Of a stretch of DNA of 64,000 nucleotides, positions 17,926-26,820 are shown piece after piece. Both the position numbers and the translations under genes were made by a program. The first letter of the stretch is position 1, and every line of letters starts with the position of its first letter. This DNA is from Verrucomicrobia bacterium UBA1183. Lineage in GTDB: Bacteria > Verrucomicrobiota > Verrucomicrobiia > Opitutales > UBA9783. The notes under the pieces were generated by a model, which saw only the letters and a program-made list of their open reading frames with translations, did no database searches and was not told the origin of the DNA. The stretch covers positions 27,602-91,601 of the forward strand of contig DBYP01000018.1 in assembly GCA_002309885.1 (NCBI GenBank). The letters are read 5' to 3'.

Positions 17926-19644
17926 TTATGAGTTAATGGACATTAGGAATTCGATGTTGTTGTTTGTTTTCTTGATTCTATCCAACAACATTTCCATAGC
18001 TTCCGTAGAAGGTACAACCCCCTTCATTGCACGACGCAGTGAGTAGATCTTCAATAACTCATCTGGATGATAGAGCAATTCTTCCTTACGTGTACCACTC
18101 TTCTCAATGTTGATAGCTGGGAATATACGGCGATCGATCAAGCTCCGATCCAAATGAATTTCCATATTTCCGGTACCCTTGAATTCTTCGAAAATAACTT
18201 CATCCATTTTACTTCCGGTATCTACCAAAGCGGTCGCCAAAATGGTCAAACTTCCACCGTTTTCGATATTACGAGCTGCACCAAAAAACGCCTTGGGCCC
18301 CTGCAACGCATTGGCTTCAACACCTCCCGAAAGCACCTTTCCTGAACTTGGGATAATGGTATTGTAAGCACGCGCCAAACGGGTAATGGAGTCCAACAAA
18401 ATGATCACATCTTCACCAACCTCCACCAAACGTTTCGCCTTCTCAATAACCGCTTCTGCCGCACGAACATGACTTTCAGGCGATTCATCAAACGTTGAAC
18501 TGATAACCTCAATTCCGGGCAACAGGTTCTTAAAGTCGGTAACCTCTTCCGGACGTTCATCAATCAGCAATACAATGAGATGTGCTTGCGGCTGATTTAT
18601 CACAATCGAATTGGCGATGTTTTGCAACAGCACCGTTTTACCCGTTCTCGGGGGCGCTACGATCAAACCGCGCTGACCAAACCCGATGGGCGTCAAAATA
18701 TCCACAATACGCATGGAATTATTGTCCCAGCGCTTATCGGGTTTCGTTTCCAACAAAATACGTTGCGTGGGATAATACGGTACTAATTCCTTAAAATGCG
18801 CCAATGTCCGCATCTCTTCCGGTGATTTTCCCATAACGCTATTGAGCTTTATGACACAGGGACATTGCATGTAAGTCGGTGAAACGAACAGCTGTCCTTG
18901 GATGGTTTGTCCGGGACGCAACCCATACTTGCGTACTAAAGCTTTAGGCAAATAGGCGCTCAATTCCCTTAATTGGTAGTTATCAAATGCATAACACACC
19001 GACCATTCTTCGGTATTCGGAACTTTTACGATAACACCTTCGACACATATAGGATGCTTCTGTTCGCTTAACTTTCGCATTTTTTCACGCAAAATTCCCT
19101 GACGCGTCAAAGAGGCTAGCTGCGATTCTTCCGGAATATCTGCTAAAAGCTCCGCCAAAGGCTTTTCGTACCACTCATTCAGAGAAAATGACTCCAAACT
19201 TTCATTCGAAACTTCATTAACTAAGTTGTTGAGTGAATTGATATCGCTAATGTTACGCCATTGATAAAGCTGTCCCATCCACCAACGATAACGTTGAAGA
19301 TTAGCCGGACAAGCCGACGCACTGTTAGCTGGTTGAAATTTCCCCTGTGAAGGTGCCTTAAAATTGTTCTTCTGCTGGCCGTGATTGTTATTACGACGTT
19401 GCTGTTGATTGGATTTTTCGCTACTTTCTTTTACAGGATTCGAAACTACTTTAGCATCATTGGTCATTGGCGCTTTCTCTTCTATCGTCGCACCTGTCGT
19501 TTCTTTTCCTTGAACTTCTACCGGATTTTCTTCCGCTACAACCTTATCCTTTGTCGTTTTACGCGTACGTTTCGTTTTAGGCGTTTCCTGACTTTCCTCG
19601 GTGAAATCAGAAACCACTGGGTTTTCTTTTGAAATGTCTTCCAT
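17926..19644 (-). CDS. rho: transcription termination factor Rho with long N-terminal extension
   Basis: P-loop PPRTGKT, Walker [11 protein letters not shown], and an RNA-binding OB region. The ATG at 19644 (MEDISKENP) is preferred over the GTG at 19656. Roughly 150 extra low-complexity residues precede the canonical N-terminal domain. Confidence 0.95.
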   Translation of the reverse strand: MEDISKENPVVSDFTEESQETPKTKRTRKTTKDKVVAEENPVEVQGKETTGATIEEKAPMTNDAKVVSNPVKESSEKSNQQQRRNNNHGQQKNNFKAPSQGKFQPANSASACPANLQRYRWWMGQLYQWRNISDINSLNNLVNEVSNESLESFSLNEWYEKPLAELLADIPEESQLASLTRQGILREKMRKLSEQKHPICVEGVIVKVPNTEEWSVCYAFDNYQLRELSAYLPKALVRKYGLRPGQTIQGQLFVSPTYMQCPCVIKLNSVMGKSPEEMRTLAHFKELVPYYPTQRILLETKPDKRWDNNSMRIVDILTPIGFGQRGLIVAPPRTGKTVLLQNIANSIVINQPQAHLIVLLIDERPEEVTDFKNLLPGIEVISSTFDESPESHVRAAEAVIEKAKRLVEVGEDVIILLDSITRLARAYNTIIPSSGKVLSGGVEANALQGPKAFFGAARNIENGGSLTILATALVDTGSKMDEVIFEEFKGTGNMEIHLDRSLIDRRIFPAINIEKSGTRKEELLYHPDELLKIYSLRRAMKGVVPSTEAMEMLLDRIKKTNNNIEFLMSINS

Positions 19645-19880
19645 AAAAAATATCACTATTGGAGATTGAAAAAATAAAACAAGTTATCTGTTTACAATAT
19701 AAACAAAGTTTTATCGCCTTTGTCAACTCTAAGTTGAATTTTTTTGAAAAGACACATCCAATGAATTACTATCGAACTGTTCAAAATTTTTATTTTTTAT
19801 GTTGAAATCCCATACCAGATGCCACAAAAGACTGAATTTTCTTGACATATATCGATTTTTCATCAGAATCGGCAAGCGTT

Positions 19881-20477
19881 ATGCGTTTGTTGTTTGTGTT
19901 AAGTTTGGGTTGTTTGTTGAACAACGTGGGTTGGGGAGGATATGGTGATATTTATGACTCTTACAAAGAGGCAGAAAAAAACGTAGAAGCACGTTATGAT
20001 AAGCCAAGCCAACGTAGAAAGTTACTAAGCCAGATTTCTACAATAACAGAAGAAAATTTTTTCCTTTTTTTACACATATACGCTTGTGGTAGAGCGTGCT
20101 CTTTGGAGGATGTGGTCACATTTTGTGAAAAGAAAATTGAAGAAATAGACCCTTCAAGAATTCGTCTTTGCCTATTTTTTTTCGAAAGCATGTTTTGTAA
20201 GAAAAACATAAGGGAAAAACATAGAATAAATTTTATTGCGGCCTATTGTTTACCTTCGCGAGTTTGTGCAATGATAGAATTTTTAAAGAAGGTTACTGTG
20301 TTACCTCCTGATGAAAAAAAAGAAATTATTAGGTGTTACGAAAAAAGCCTTACCGAATGTTCTACAAATCCTGCTGATTATGAAGCAAAATATACGGAAC
20401 TTTTCTACGGAGATGATTGGACAAATGCCGTATATCCAAGCGTAGCTAAGGAATGGAAACGGCTATTGCCAAAATAA
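19881..20477 (+). CDS. hypothetical Cys-rich protein
   Basis: The ATG at 19881 gives a short hydrophobic N-terminus MRLLFVLSLGCLLNNVGWG. No recognisable family. The track start is 19842. Confidence 0.45.
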   Translation: MRLLFVLSLGCLLNNVGWGGYGDIYDSYKEAEKNVEARYDKPSQRRKLLSQISTITEENFFLFLHIYACGRACSLEDVVTFCEKKIEEIDPSRIRLCLFFFESMFCKKNIREKHRINFIAAYCLPSRVCAMIEFLKKVTVLPPDEKKEIIRCYEKSLTECSTNPADYEAKYTELFYGDDWTNAVYPSVAKEWKRLLPK

Positions 20478-20486
20478 AAACCATTA

Positions 20487-21632
20487 TTATTCTTCTTCAG
20501 GTATATCGGGTGTAGATTTAGAAGAAGTACAGGTTCTCGCTCTCTTGTTTTTTGTATGTAGTACAGTCGATGGTCTTACCCTGGCAGAATTTTTCAAAGG
20601 CGTACCTAGTAGCTTTTCACGCCCACCTCGTACTATGCTAACAGAAGAATCTCTTTCCTTAATGGTAAATTCTATGAAATTAACTTTTTCTTCGTGGTCA
20701 CCGGTCGTGAATAAATTTTCTTCTATCTGAGATTGTAATGCTTGTCCAGACCCACGATTGTAAGAGAAGACATTGGTAGCATCTATTGAACGCATAGTAT
20801 CAGGCCATGTTACATCTTTAATCCAAGCTCTTGGGTGCGCATAAATGGAATTTTTTGGATTTATGCTAACAATAGTCGCCAGTAAATTAGGACTGTTCTT
20901 GGTTACATTTAAAGTCCAACGCCAACTACCTCCTTCTTCGGAGCCATGATGAGGCATTACAAAAATATTTGTATTTTCGATCGTTTGACGATTGTACTTC
21001 CAATTTGTTGGATTACTTTCTTGTCCTATATAATTATCCAAAGCCTCGCCAGTACTATCTCCCGTAAACAATACTTTACAATTTTTGTATTTGAAAGAAA
21101 AAACAAGAGAGGCAGTGTTGTCATCTATTTTTGAAGACGAAGACCAGGCGGCTTTCAAAAAAGTGAATGTCTTTGGACTAAATAGTTCATTTAGAGTGTT
21201 TTGCATCTTGTCTATAGCTCTGTCATATTCCAACCCTCTTACCTTACGTAAAAATTTTGGTTCTGAGCCAGAGACAATACAGTGATTTTCAGCGCGGATA
21301 GAATAGATAACCGTATCTTCAATAAATTCGTCTCTGTAGTTGTCGTAGATCTCCTGAACAAAATTTGTATGATCCACATCCGAATGCGTTAGAATTATTC
21401 CTTTGATTTTTGTTCCCCCAAGACATCTTGCAAAGGATTTTTCAATCGAAGAGAAAGGTGTATTTTTACTTCCTGCATCCACCAAAATTGCATTCACCTC
21501 ATTCCGGAGTAAGATGCAATTCCCTTGACCGACATCGAAGAAATAGATGTGTATGTCGGAAAAAACATTAGCGACGATTCCAATAAAAAAGGTAAGTAAC
21601 CACAAAGGGTTTTTGTATCTAAATGAGCTCAT
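20487..21632 (-). CDS. metallo-beta-lactamase-fold hydrolase (ComEC C-terminal-domain-like), N-terminal membrane anchor or signal
   Basis: IHIYFFDVGQGNCILL..ILVDAGS..ILTHSDVDHTNF, then MPHHGSEEG. This is the MBL H-x-H-x-D-H motif in the arrangement typical of ComEC/Rec2-related MBL domains, but the competence channel domain is absent. Confidence 0.7.
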   Translation of the reverse strand: MSSFRYKNPLWLLTFFIGIVANVFSDIHIYFFDVGQGNCILLRNEVNAILVDAGSKNTPFSSIEKSFARCLGGTKIKGIILTHSDVDHTNFVQEIYDNYRDEFIEDTVIYSIRAENHCIVSGSEPKFLRKVRGLEYDRAIDKMQNTLNELFSPKTFTFLKAAWSSSSKIDDNTASLVFSFKYKNCKVLFTGDSTGEALDNYIGQESNPTNWKYNRQTIENTNIFVMPHHGSEEGGSWRWTLNVTKNSPNLLATIVSINPKNSIYAHPRAWIKDVTWPDTMRSIDATNVFSYNRGSGQALQSQIEENLFTTGDHEEKVNFIEFTIKERDSSVSIVRGGREKLLGTPLKNSARVRPSTVLHTKNKRARTCTSSKSTPDIPEEE

Positions 21633-22046
21633 CTTATTAGATAATATCGGCAGTTTTTTGAAAAACTTTAGGTAAATTTTCGATTGTAATTCGGATAATT
21701 ACAGAAAAAACAAGTTTTTTACTTTCAATGAGAGGGTAAAATGTCTGCTTTAATTTTCCTCTTATTAAGAAAAATATTCCACCTCTCGAATTGTGAATAA
21801 CTTGTGAAATGTTATGAAATAAATGGTAAAAAGGAGGCGAATAAGTTACAAAAGTAAAAATTCTGCTCCTAAATTTTCCAAAAAACACTTAGTTATTCAC
21901 AGAGGAGAAATTTTCATATTCGTTGATTTTAAGCTGTATACCATAAATCGTGCCATCTTATTCACAGGTATAAAAATAGTAGTTATTTCTTTAAATAAGA
22001 AAAAATATTACTATAAAAAGTAATTTACTTTTTTGGTACAAAGTTC

Positions 22047-22964
22047 ATGCTTCTATTTACCGTGTTGACCGAAGAAACAGCGCATATTTTCTTAAAAGAT
22101 TTATTTGAAACTTGTGGAGAAGATCCTCAAAGAGAGGGTCTTATCAAAACCCCCCATCGCTTTTACAAAGCTTTTTTCGAGCTTACACAGGGGTATCAGC
22201 AAAATTTGGAAGAAATTGTCAATGGGGCTTTATTTGAAAGTCCTAATTCGGATCCGATATGTATCCATAATATTCCTTTCTTTTCACTATGTGAACACCA
22301 CATGTTACCTTTTTTTGGGCATTGTAATATCACATACATTCCAAATAAGAAAGTTATTGGGCTTTCCAAAGTTTATCGCATTGTGGATATGTTTGCCAAA
22401 CGTTTGCAACTTCAAGAGCGCTTAACGCAACAAATTGGAAAGGCGTTGTATGAGGTGACACAGGCAAAAGGTGTTTTGGTAGAAATGCAAGGACAGCACC
22501 TATGTGTTGCAATGCGAGGAGTGCAAAAAACTCAATCTGAAATGCATACGATCTTTCATTGTGGTACCATGGAGGTACCTAAATTTATGGAAACGAAAGC
22601 ACCAAAGCTTACTTTAAAGCTCGTTTCCTTAGAAATACCACTTAAAATTGGATGTTACGAAGAGGAAAAAAGCAAAACAACACCGGTTCAAGTTACGATA
22701 GAAGTAAAGCTAGAAAATTGTCTGGCTTGTCGGACGGATCGATTGCAGGATACAATTTGTTACGATCAGTTAATACAGCTCTTAAATCAACAATGCTTTC
22801 AAAAAACTTATCAATTGATCGAGTTCGCCTGTAATGATATATTCCAAACTACACAGCACTTTTTGGAAGAAAAGCACGTTTTAAGCAAACTACGCGTTCA
22901 TTTGGTAAAAAAGCTGCAACATGCTTTATTAAGAGATAGCGAATGCATTTTAAGTGATTTTTAA
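22047..22964 (+). CDS. folE: GTP cyclohydrolase I fused to dihydroneopterin aldolase-like domain (FolE-FolB)
   Basis: The N-terminal ~185 aa carry the FolE motifs [26 protein letters not shown] and QHLCVAMRG. The C-terminal ~115 aa (from about 22614) show the FolB/FolX pattern [44 protein letters not shown]. Confidence 0.8.
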   Translation: MLLFTVLTEETAHIFLKDLFETCGEDPQREGLIKTPHRFYKAFFELTQGYQQNLEEIVNGALFESPNSDPICIHNIPFFSLCEHHMLPFFGHCNITYIPNKKVIGLSKVYRIVDMFAKRLQLQERLTQQIGKALYEVTQAKGVLVEMQGQHLCVAMRGVQKTQSEMHTIFHCGTMEVPKFMETKAPKLTLKLVSLEIPLKIGCYEEEKSKTTPVQVTIEVKLENCLACRTDRLQDTICYDQLIQLLNQQCFQKTYQLIEFACNDIFQTTQHFLEEKHVLSKLRVHLVKKLQHALLRDSECILSDF

Positions 22965-22966
22965 GT

Positions 22967-24193
22967 ATGAAAAAGGAGCGGTTTTACAAATATTTGAGTT
23001 ATGCTTATTACCGCTTAAAATTGCTGAGCGAGCAGGGAAGTACAGTGGCTTTTTTAAACCCCATAATCATTATTTTACTCAGCTGCATTGGCATTGCTTT
23101 TATGTACGCCATACAAAAAGGAAGCGACGTTGTGGTTTTAAAATGGAAAATGCAGGTCGTTTGGTTATGTATCGGTTATGCGGTTTATCACATTACATCG
23201 CGTTTTCACTATAAATTGTTTTTCCAAAATGCCCACATATTTTATCTACTTTCCGTTATATTGTTATTATTGCTTTGGACGCCTTTGGGAAGAACACTGG
23301 GAGGGAGCCGGCGGTGGTTGAATTTGGGGTTTATTACAATCCAGCCTTCCGACTTCAGCAAAATAGCAACCTTATTAATGATCGCCAGTGTTTTGACTCG
23401 AACGCAATGGATGTACTTTAGAGATTCGGTGAAAATATTATTGTATGTAGCCTTTTTGTGTGGAATTCCCTTCGGGTTGATTTTTTTGCAACCTGATTTG
23501 GGGTCTGCTATGGTCTTCCCGGTTATTATTTTTGGTGTACTTTTTATCTCTAAATTATCGCTGCGTTTTTTTGGTTATGTCTTTTTAACAGCTTGTCTCG
23601 CATTATGTATTATATCTTTAGATACGCGTGCGTATTACTTGAAGCAGAAAGGTGAAACAGCATTTTTGAAACCTTTCCTGCCTTTAAAAGATTACCAAAG
23701 AAAACGTATTTTAGCTTTTGCGGTTCCGGCTTCGGTCGATCCTAAAGGTGTTAACATCGGTTGGCACTTGAAACAATCGTTGATTGCCATTGGTTCTGGT
23801 GGAGTTTTCGGCAAAGGTTGGACAAAGAATACACAAGCGCAGTTGGGGTATTTACCCAAGGCAGCTTCTTTGGATGATTTTATCTTTTCGGTTCTGGCGG
23901 AAGAAACGGGGTTATTTGGAACGTATTTTGTGCTTGTATTATATTTCATTTTAATATTTAATACCCTTCGTATTGCTACAATGTCTCGGGATCGTTTTGG
24001 CGGATATCTTTGTGTAGGCGTTGCGTTGTTGTTGTTCACGCACGTCTGGATCAACATTGGGATGACGCTAGGAATTATGCCGATTACAGGATTACCTTTA
24101 CCTTTTTTAAGCTATGGTGGATCATTCATGCTCGTGTGCTTTTTTTGCCAAGGATTGGTACAAAGTGTTTATCGATTCAGATTTGCAGAATGA
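22967..24193 (+). CDS. SEDS-family peptidoglycan polymerase (FtsW/RodA/SpoVE)
   Basis: 408 aa and polytopic. Motifs: RRWLNLGFITIQPSDFSKI, QPDLGSA and GLPLPFLSYGGSFM. Confidence 0.9.
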   Translation: MKKERFYKYLSYAYYRLKLLSEQGSTVAFLNPIIIILLSCIGIAFMYAIQKGSDVVVLKWKMQVVWLCIGYAVYHITSRFHYKLFFQNAHIFYLLSVILLLLLWTPLGRTLGGSRRWLNLGFITIQPSDFSKIATLLMIASVLTRTQWMYFRDSVKILLYVAFLCGIPFGLIFLQPDLGSAMVFPVIIFGVLFISKLSLRFFGYVFLTACLALCIISLDTRAYYLKQKGETAFLKPFLPLKDYQRKRILAFAVPASVDPKGVNIGWHLKQSLIAIGSGGVFGKGWTKNTQAQLGYLPKAASLDDFIFSVLAEETGLFGTYFVLVLYFILIFNTLRIATMSRDRFGGYLCVGVALLLFTHVWINIGMTLGIMPITGLPLPFLSYGGSFMLVCFFCQGLVQSVYRFRFAE

Positions 24194-24225
24194 TACCGGC
24201 TTGAGAGAGGTGTAGAAAGCAGATT

Positions 24226-25929
24226 ATGGTAGAATTTAGAAAAAGAAAACAGAATGATGGTATTAAGCTGGTGGAAAAACCTAAAAAACAAGAAGTAAAG
24301 GTGGATACCCAGAAAGTGAAAGGAGACGCGCAAGAGCGTTCCAAAGAGCAGAGTCTCTTCCAGCGCTTTTTGAATTTTTTCAAGAAAGATAAGCATTATT
24401 CTGAAATCGTTGTTAATGGTTTGTTGCCCAATAAGCGTGTTGCTTGTTTGGTAGATGGTACGTTGGAAAGTTTGGAGATGGATACGTGCGCCAATCAGCA
24501 GATGTTTGGTGCTATATTCAAAGGAAAAATTCAGAATCTCGAACCAGGGTTAAAAGCTGCTTTCGTGGATATCGGACAAGAAAAAAACGCTTTTCTGCAT
24601 TATTGGGATGTGCTTCCTTTGGTCAATGGAGAAGGTTTTAATGAATCCAATGCAGATGATGGTATCGAGGTTGTTCATAAAAATACAGATGGTAAGCCCA
24701 GACAAAAAGTAGGATTGCAGGACATTCCAGAAATGTTCCCTATCGGTTCGGACATCGTCGTTCAGATCTCCAAAAGTCAAATAGGTACCAAAGGGCCGAG
24801 AACGACCACAAATATTTCGTTACCCGGTCGTTATATCGTCTTGACGCCTTATTCAAATCAGTGCGGTATTTCGAGAAAAATAGAGGATAAACACGAACGG
24901 GAACGGCTTAAAAAGATTTTACGCAAACTGACATTGCCTTTGGGAATGGGTATCATCTTCCGTACCGCCAGCAGTGGAAGCTCTTTGAAGCAACTGACGC
25001 GGGATTTGCAATTTTTGTTGGAAACTTGGCAAAAGATACAAAAGAAGGTAGATAATGCTAAGGAACCCTGTTTAGTTTACCACGAACCCAGTTTATTGGA
25101 AAGAACGGTCCGAGATTTGTTAACAGAGGATGTGGATCGCGTCATCGTAGATAACGAAGTAGATTATAATTTTATTTTGGATTTATTGGCAAGAATAGCT
25201 CCCAATGTGCAGAAAAAAGTTACACTTTTCAAAGATCCCATACCGGTTTTTGATCGTTACAATGTAGAAGCACAAATCGAGCAAATGTTTGCAAGCCGTG
25301 TTCCTCTACCTTCCGGTGGTGAGATTGTTATTCAAGAAACAGAAGCCCTGACTTCAATCGATGTAAATACCTCTTCACATAAAATTTCGGATGATGAATC
25401 TTCTCATTTTATCCTACAAGCAAATTTGGAAGCGGCTCGAGAAGTGGCACGTCAAGTTCGTTTGCGCAATATTGGTGGACTCATTATCGTAGATTTTGTC
25501 GATATGAAGCAGGCGAAACATCGGCGTATTTTGCACCAATATGTACAAGAAGAGTTTGGTCGTGATAAAGCCCGTTCGCATGTATTGCCTATTTCAGCGC
25601 TGGGAATTATGCAAATTACGCGTCAAAGACATAAAGAAAGTATGTTGAGCCAACTTTACTCGCGATGCCCTTATTGCGGCGGTGAAGGTGTCCTAAAGTC
25701 TTCGTGGAATTTGGCTATGCGTATGCAGCGGGAGATTTTGAGCCGTGTATTCTGCCTACAGGGACAAACGTGCAAGTTTAAGATAATATTGAATCCTTAT
25801 TTAAAGAATTACATTATTACGCAATGTTTGAAGGAGTTTAATGCGCTTGAGAATCAGTTCCGTGTAAAATTAAGTTTCCAAGAGGATAACAATCTTCATG
25901 TCGAGAATTTCAAAATTGTCCAGGAATGA
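24226..25929 (+). CDS. rng: ribonuclease E/G family protein (RNase G-like)
   Basis: S1 domain GAIFKGKIQNLEPGLKAAFVDIG, then IDVNTSS and IGGLIIVDFVDM, then a C-terminal CPYCGGEG zinc link. A lysine-rich N-terminal tail makes the exact start uncertain. Confidence 0.88.
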   Translation: MVEFRKRKQNDGIKLVEKPKKQEVKVDTQKVKGDAQERSKEQSLFQRFLNFFKKDKHYSEIVVNGLLPNKRVACLVDGTLESLEMDTCANQQMFGAIFKGKIQNLEPGLKAAFVDIGQEKNAFLHYWDVLPLVNGEGFNESNADDGIEVVHKNTDGKPRQKVGLQDIPEMFPIGSDIVVQISKSQIGTKGPRTTTNISLPGRYIVLTPYSNQCGISRKIEDKHERERLKKILRKLTLPLGMGIIFRTASSGSSLKQLTRDLQFLLETWQKIQKKVDNAKEPCLVYHEPSLLERTVRDLLTEDVDRVIVDNEVDYNFILDLLARIAPNVQKKVTLFKDPIPVFDRYNVEAQIEQMFASRVPLPSGGEIVIQETEALTSIDVNTSSHKISDDESSHFILQANLEAAREVARQVRLRNIGGLIIVDFVDMKQAKHRRILHQYVQEEFGRDKARSHVLPISALGIMQITRQRHKESMLSQLYSRCPYCGGEGVLKSSWNLAMRMQREILSRVFCLQGQTCKFKIILNPYLKNYIITQCLKEFNALENQFRVKLSFQEDNNLHVENFKIVQE

Positions 25930-26714
25930 TTCATCCGACAGCTATTATAAGTGATAAAGCACAGATTGCTGATGATTGCAACATCGGGGCTTATTGCGTC
26001 GTCGAAGAGAATGTTACGCTCGGGCATCGGGTTGTGTTGGATTCGCACGTTGTTTTAAAGTCAGGAACCATACTGGAAGAGGGTGTGTATGTTCATTCGC
26101 ACGCAGTTATCGGAGATGAGCCACAGATCGTAAATCAAGATTTTTCTTTTAAAAGCGGTGTTCATATTGGTGCACGGACAGTGATTCGTGAAGGTGTAAC
26201 GATTCATAGAGCTTCACAAGCGGGGCAGCAAACGGTTATAGGATCGGATTGTCTGCTGATGGCTTTTTCCCATGTCGGACACGATACATGCGTTGGTAAT
26301 CACTGTATTTTGGTCAATCAAGTGCTTTTAGCAGGTTGTGTTACGGTACAGGATTATGCTTTCTTGAGCGGAGGTTCTATGATTCATCAATTTGTTCACA
26401 TTGGTGAAAGTGCTTTCGTTTCCGGGAACGCAGAGATTACAATGCATGTGCCGCCGTTCATTACCGTTCTTGGAAGGAATCAAATTGCCAATTTGAATGT
26501 CGTTGGGTTGAAACGACGTGGATTTTCGACGCAAGAGGTTGCAGATGTAAAGCAATTATATCGATTACTTTATAACGGCGATACACTTTCGTTTAAAAGG
26601 CGAGCGGAATCTTTGCTGGAGGAAGGTGTTGCGAAAACCGATAAAGGTCGGCAATTTTTGAAATTTTTCGTAGATCCCAAAACCGATCGAGGTTTTGTTT
26701 ACGATAAGCGCTAG
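25926..26714 (+). CDS. lpxA: acyl-ACP--UDP-N-acetylglucosamine O-acyltransferase
   Basis: 262 aa. MIHPTAIIS start, hexapeptide repeats, and the SHVGHD and LNVVGLKRRGFS motifs. It is colinear with E. coli LpxA, and its start overlaps the rng stop by 4 nt. Confidence 0.9.
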   Translation: MIHPTAIISDKAQIADDCNIGAYCVVEENVTLGHRVVLDSHVVLKSGTILEEGVYVHSHAVIGDEPQIVNQDFSFKSGVHIGARTVIREGVTIHRASQAGQQTVIGSDCLLMAFSHVGHDTCVGNHCILVNQVLLAGCVTVQDYAFLSGGSMIHQFVHIGESAFVSGNAEITMHVPPFITVLGRNQIANLNVVGLKRRGFSTQEVADVKQLYRLLYNGDTLSFKRRAESLLEEGVAKTDKGRQFLKFFVDPKTDRGFVYDKR

Positions 26715-26719
26715 ATATA

Positions 26720-26805
26720 TTTTTGAGAGATTTTGCAACATTGTTGCAAAATTATGAAAGTTTTTGAAGGCTTAAGGGAATCTTTTTTCAAAAAGTTCCC
26801 TTATA
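26720..26805 (-). repeat. three-hairpin intergenic repeat, internally deleted copy, reverse orientation
   Basis: TTTTTGAGAGA runs directly into TTTTGCAACATTGTTGCAAAA (H2), then GTTTTTGAAGG and TAAGGGAATCTTTTTTCAAAAAGTTCCCTTA (H1). Most of H3 and one arm are missing. It lies in the convergent lpxA/murJ gap, 5 nt after the lpxA stop. Confidence 0.85.
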
Positions 26806-26820
26806 ATCTGCTTAAATAGT

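Noticed and set aside
21803..21822. GAAATGTTATGAAATAAAT upstream of folE resembles half of a gammaproteobacterial Zur box (GAAATGTTATAWTATAACATTTC), and folE paralogues are Zur-regulated in some bacteria.
   Set aside because: Only one half-site matches, there is no palindromic partner, and the consensus comes from a distant phylum. In AT-rich DNA such a match is expected by chance.
21637..22023. ORFs 21637..21888 (minus strand) and 21823..22023 (plus strand) in the MBL / folE spacer.
   Set aside because: The sequence is very AT-rich and the peptides are Phe/Ile/Lys-biased with no motifs. The two ORFs overlap each other and include alternative-start artefacts. The region is better treated as a long divergent regulatory spacer.
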